Virus record (IMG/VR): IMGVR_UViG_3300020202_000068
Location: 1 to 64,000 of that record
DNA length: 64,000 nt
Source of the DNA: a virus
Strand: one strand, 5' to 3'
Positions 62,755-64,000 of this stretch are shown here, piece by piece. The notes below the pieces were generated by a model. The model did no database searches. It saw only the letters and a list, made by a program, of their open reading frames with translations, and was not told where the DNA came from. The translations under genes and the position numbers were made by a program. Within the stretch, counting starts at the first letter, position 1. Every line of letters starts with the position of its first letter.

Positions 62755-63867
62755 TTAGGCGAAGTTCTTGAGCTTGGCGAAGAACTTCGGGCTCTCGAAG
62801 CTGGCCTGGCCGTAGAAGCCGCAGGCCCAGAGGGCCGCATAGCCACTACGCGGGTCTTCGGTCGGACCACGCATCCAGAACAGCTCGGGCATCAGGCTCG
62901 CGATCTCCATCTTGGAGGTGTTGAGCATGTAGCCGGTGTTGGCCGGGCAGTCGTAGTCCGAGCTGATCGCACAACCATCCTGGTTCAGGGTGAAGCCCTG
63001 GAAGCCGAGGTCGTTGGCGGTCTTGTGCGGGATGCTGATCCGGCGGATCGCTTCGTCGTGGTTCTTGTACGACTGGAAGAGATTGGGAGCCAGGACGCAG
63101 AGTTCCGGGCCACCCTCGTCGCCGTTGGTGTGGGTCAGCCAGGTGATCGTCTGGCTGATGACGCGCCAGCAGTTGTCTTCGAACGTGGTGCTGCCGGTGC
63201 CCCAGCCCGTGCTCGACCAATTGACCAGCTTCGGCGCGAAGTAGTCGTACTCGCTGTCGCCCGAGCCGTCCGGCCAGTCCTTGGCCAGCGTGGCATTGGG
63301 ATACGTTGAGAGAGCCGAACTCCAGGTCCCGCCCTGATCGGCGAGGTTGGTATTCAGGCCGGCGTAGCTGTCATTGGGTGTGGAGATGCGGTTGCCGGCG
63401 GCGCTATTGGCCTCGGTCATGAACGTCTCCAGGCCGTAGATCGCGTTCTCGCGACCCGACCCACCACCTGCGCTGTAGATTTCCGCTGCCAGACCGTTCT
63501 GGAGCTTCTTCATCAGGCGACCTTGTTTGGTCTTGAAGAGATTGACGAGAGCGGCTTCCCCGCTGTTCATCGCCTTCTGCTTCATCGTGATCGAGTCCGA
63601 GGCCTGGTAGCCCGACCACGGGAGGACGGCCTGTTGGAAGGCCTGGTGATTCGTAAAGTCGATCATCGAGCCGTCGCCATGCTGGTGCATGGTGGGCTGC
63701 GAGAACTCAACCTGCCAGCGGAACTCATAACCGCTGTTGTTGAACGTGATCCGGCCCTTCCGCTTGAGCATCGCAAACAAGAGACGCTTGCGAACGGTCA
63801 GGTCCGAGGCCCCCTTCATGTAGGCTGGCTTCGTGGTATTGATTACGCCAATCCATTCGTCAGACAT
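62755..63867 (-). CDS. major capsid protein
   Basis: 370 aa, strong codon bias, L...L..KG, N.GE..LVNL, I.GL, YMLN motifs typical of HK97-fold MCPs. Confidence 0.85.
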   Translation of the reverse strand: MSDEWIGVINTTKPAYMKGASDLTVRKRLLFAMLKRKGRITFNNSGYEFRWQVEFSQPTMHQHGDGSMIDFTNHQAFQQAVLPWSGYQASDSITMKQKAMNSGEAALVNLFKTKQGRLMKKLQNGLAAEIYSAGGGSGRENAIYGLETFMTEANSAAGNRISTPNDSYAGLNTNLADQGGTWSSALSTYPNATLAKDWPDGSGDSEYDYFAPKLVNWSSTGWGTGSTTFEDNCWRVISQTITWLTHTNGDEGGPELCVLAPNLFQSYKNHDEAIRRISIPHKTANDLGFQGFTLNQDGCAISSDYDCPANTGYMLNTSKMEIASLMPELFWMRGPTEDPRSGYAALWACGFYGQASFESPKFFAKLKNFA

Positions 63868-64000
63868 CGCTTTTCATCCTTGAAAAGGCCGGCGTAGGGC
63901 AGGCCGCCCAGGTCAGCGTCGTGCTGGCCCTAGGAAGGGCGTGATGCCTACTACCGAAATCTCGTCGTTCAGGCCGCCCCGCTGTGCTGCCGGTAAGCGT

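Overview
64 kb of a tailed dsDNA phage genome, GC-rich and using the standard genetic code. No integrase or host flank is visible. A Planctomycetota host is inferred, not proven, from csrA, Cys-rich tail-tip proteins, a papain-like lysis-region peptidase and a hypothetical protein I recall from planctomycetes. The + strand (1-22.6 kb, 37.4-40.2 kb) carries early/middle genes: a phiEco32-like COOH-NH2 ligase/amidoligase/Gln-amidotransferase cluster, SF2 helicase, ParB-like and DUF3102 proteins, MazG, Rmf-like, LexA-like and nucleases. The - strand (22.6-36.7 kb, 40.2-63.9 kb) carries late genes: major capsid, terminase, intein-containing portal, adaptor, tail tube, tail/ejection proteins and a lysis region with a CarF/TMEM189-type desaturase. 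The most striking signal is an apparently complete phage-encoded Csr/Rsm circuit: a csrA gene with a GGA-rich leader, ANGGAN-hexaloop hairpins over the ribosome-binding sites of 12 late genes, and a CsrB/RsmZ-like GGA-repeat RNA. Also notable are two ncRNA clusters with tRNA-shaped RNAs whose anticodon loop is replaced, an antisense alpha1-less histone-fold gene, a three-copy palindrome plus IHF-like site, and a C-terminal ELAxWDExDQ motif shared by small proteins. All family calls come from motifs read by eye; no database searches were run.
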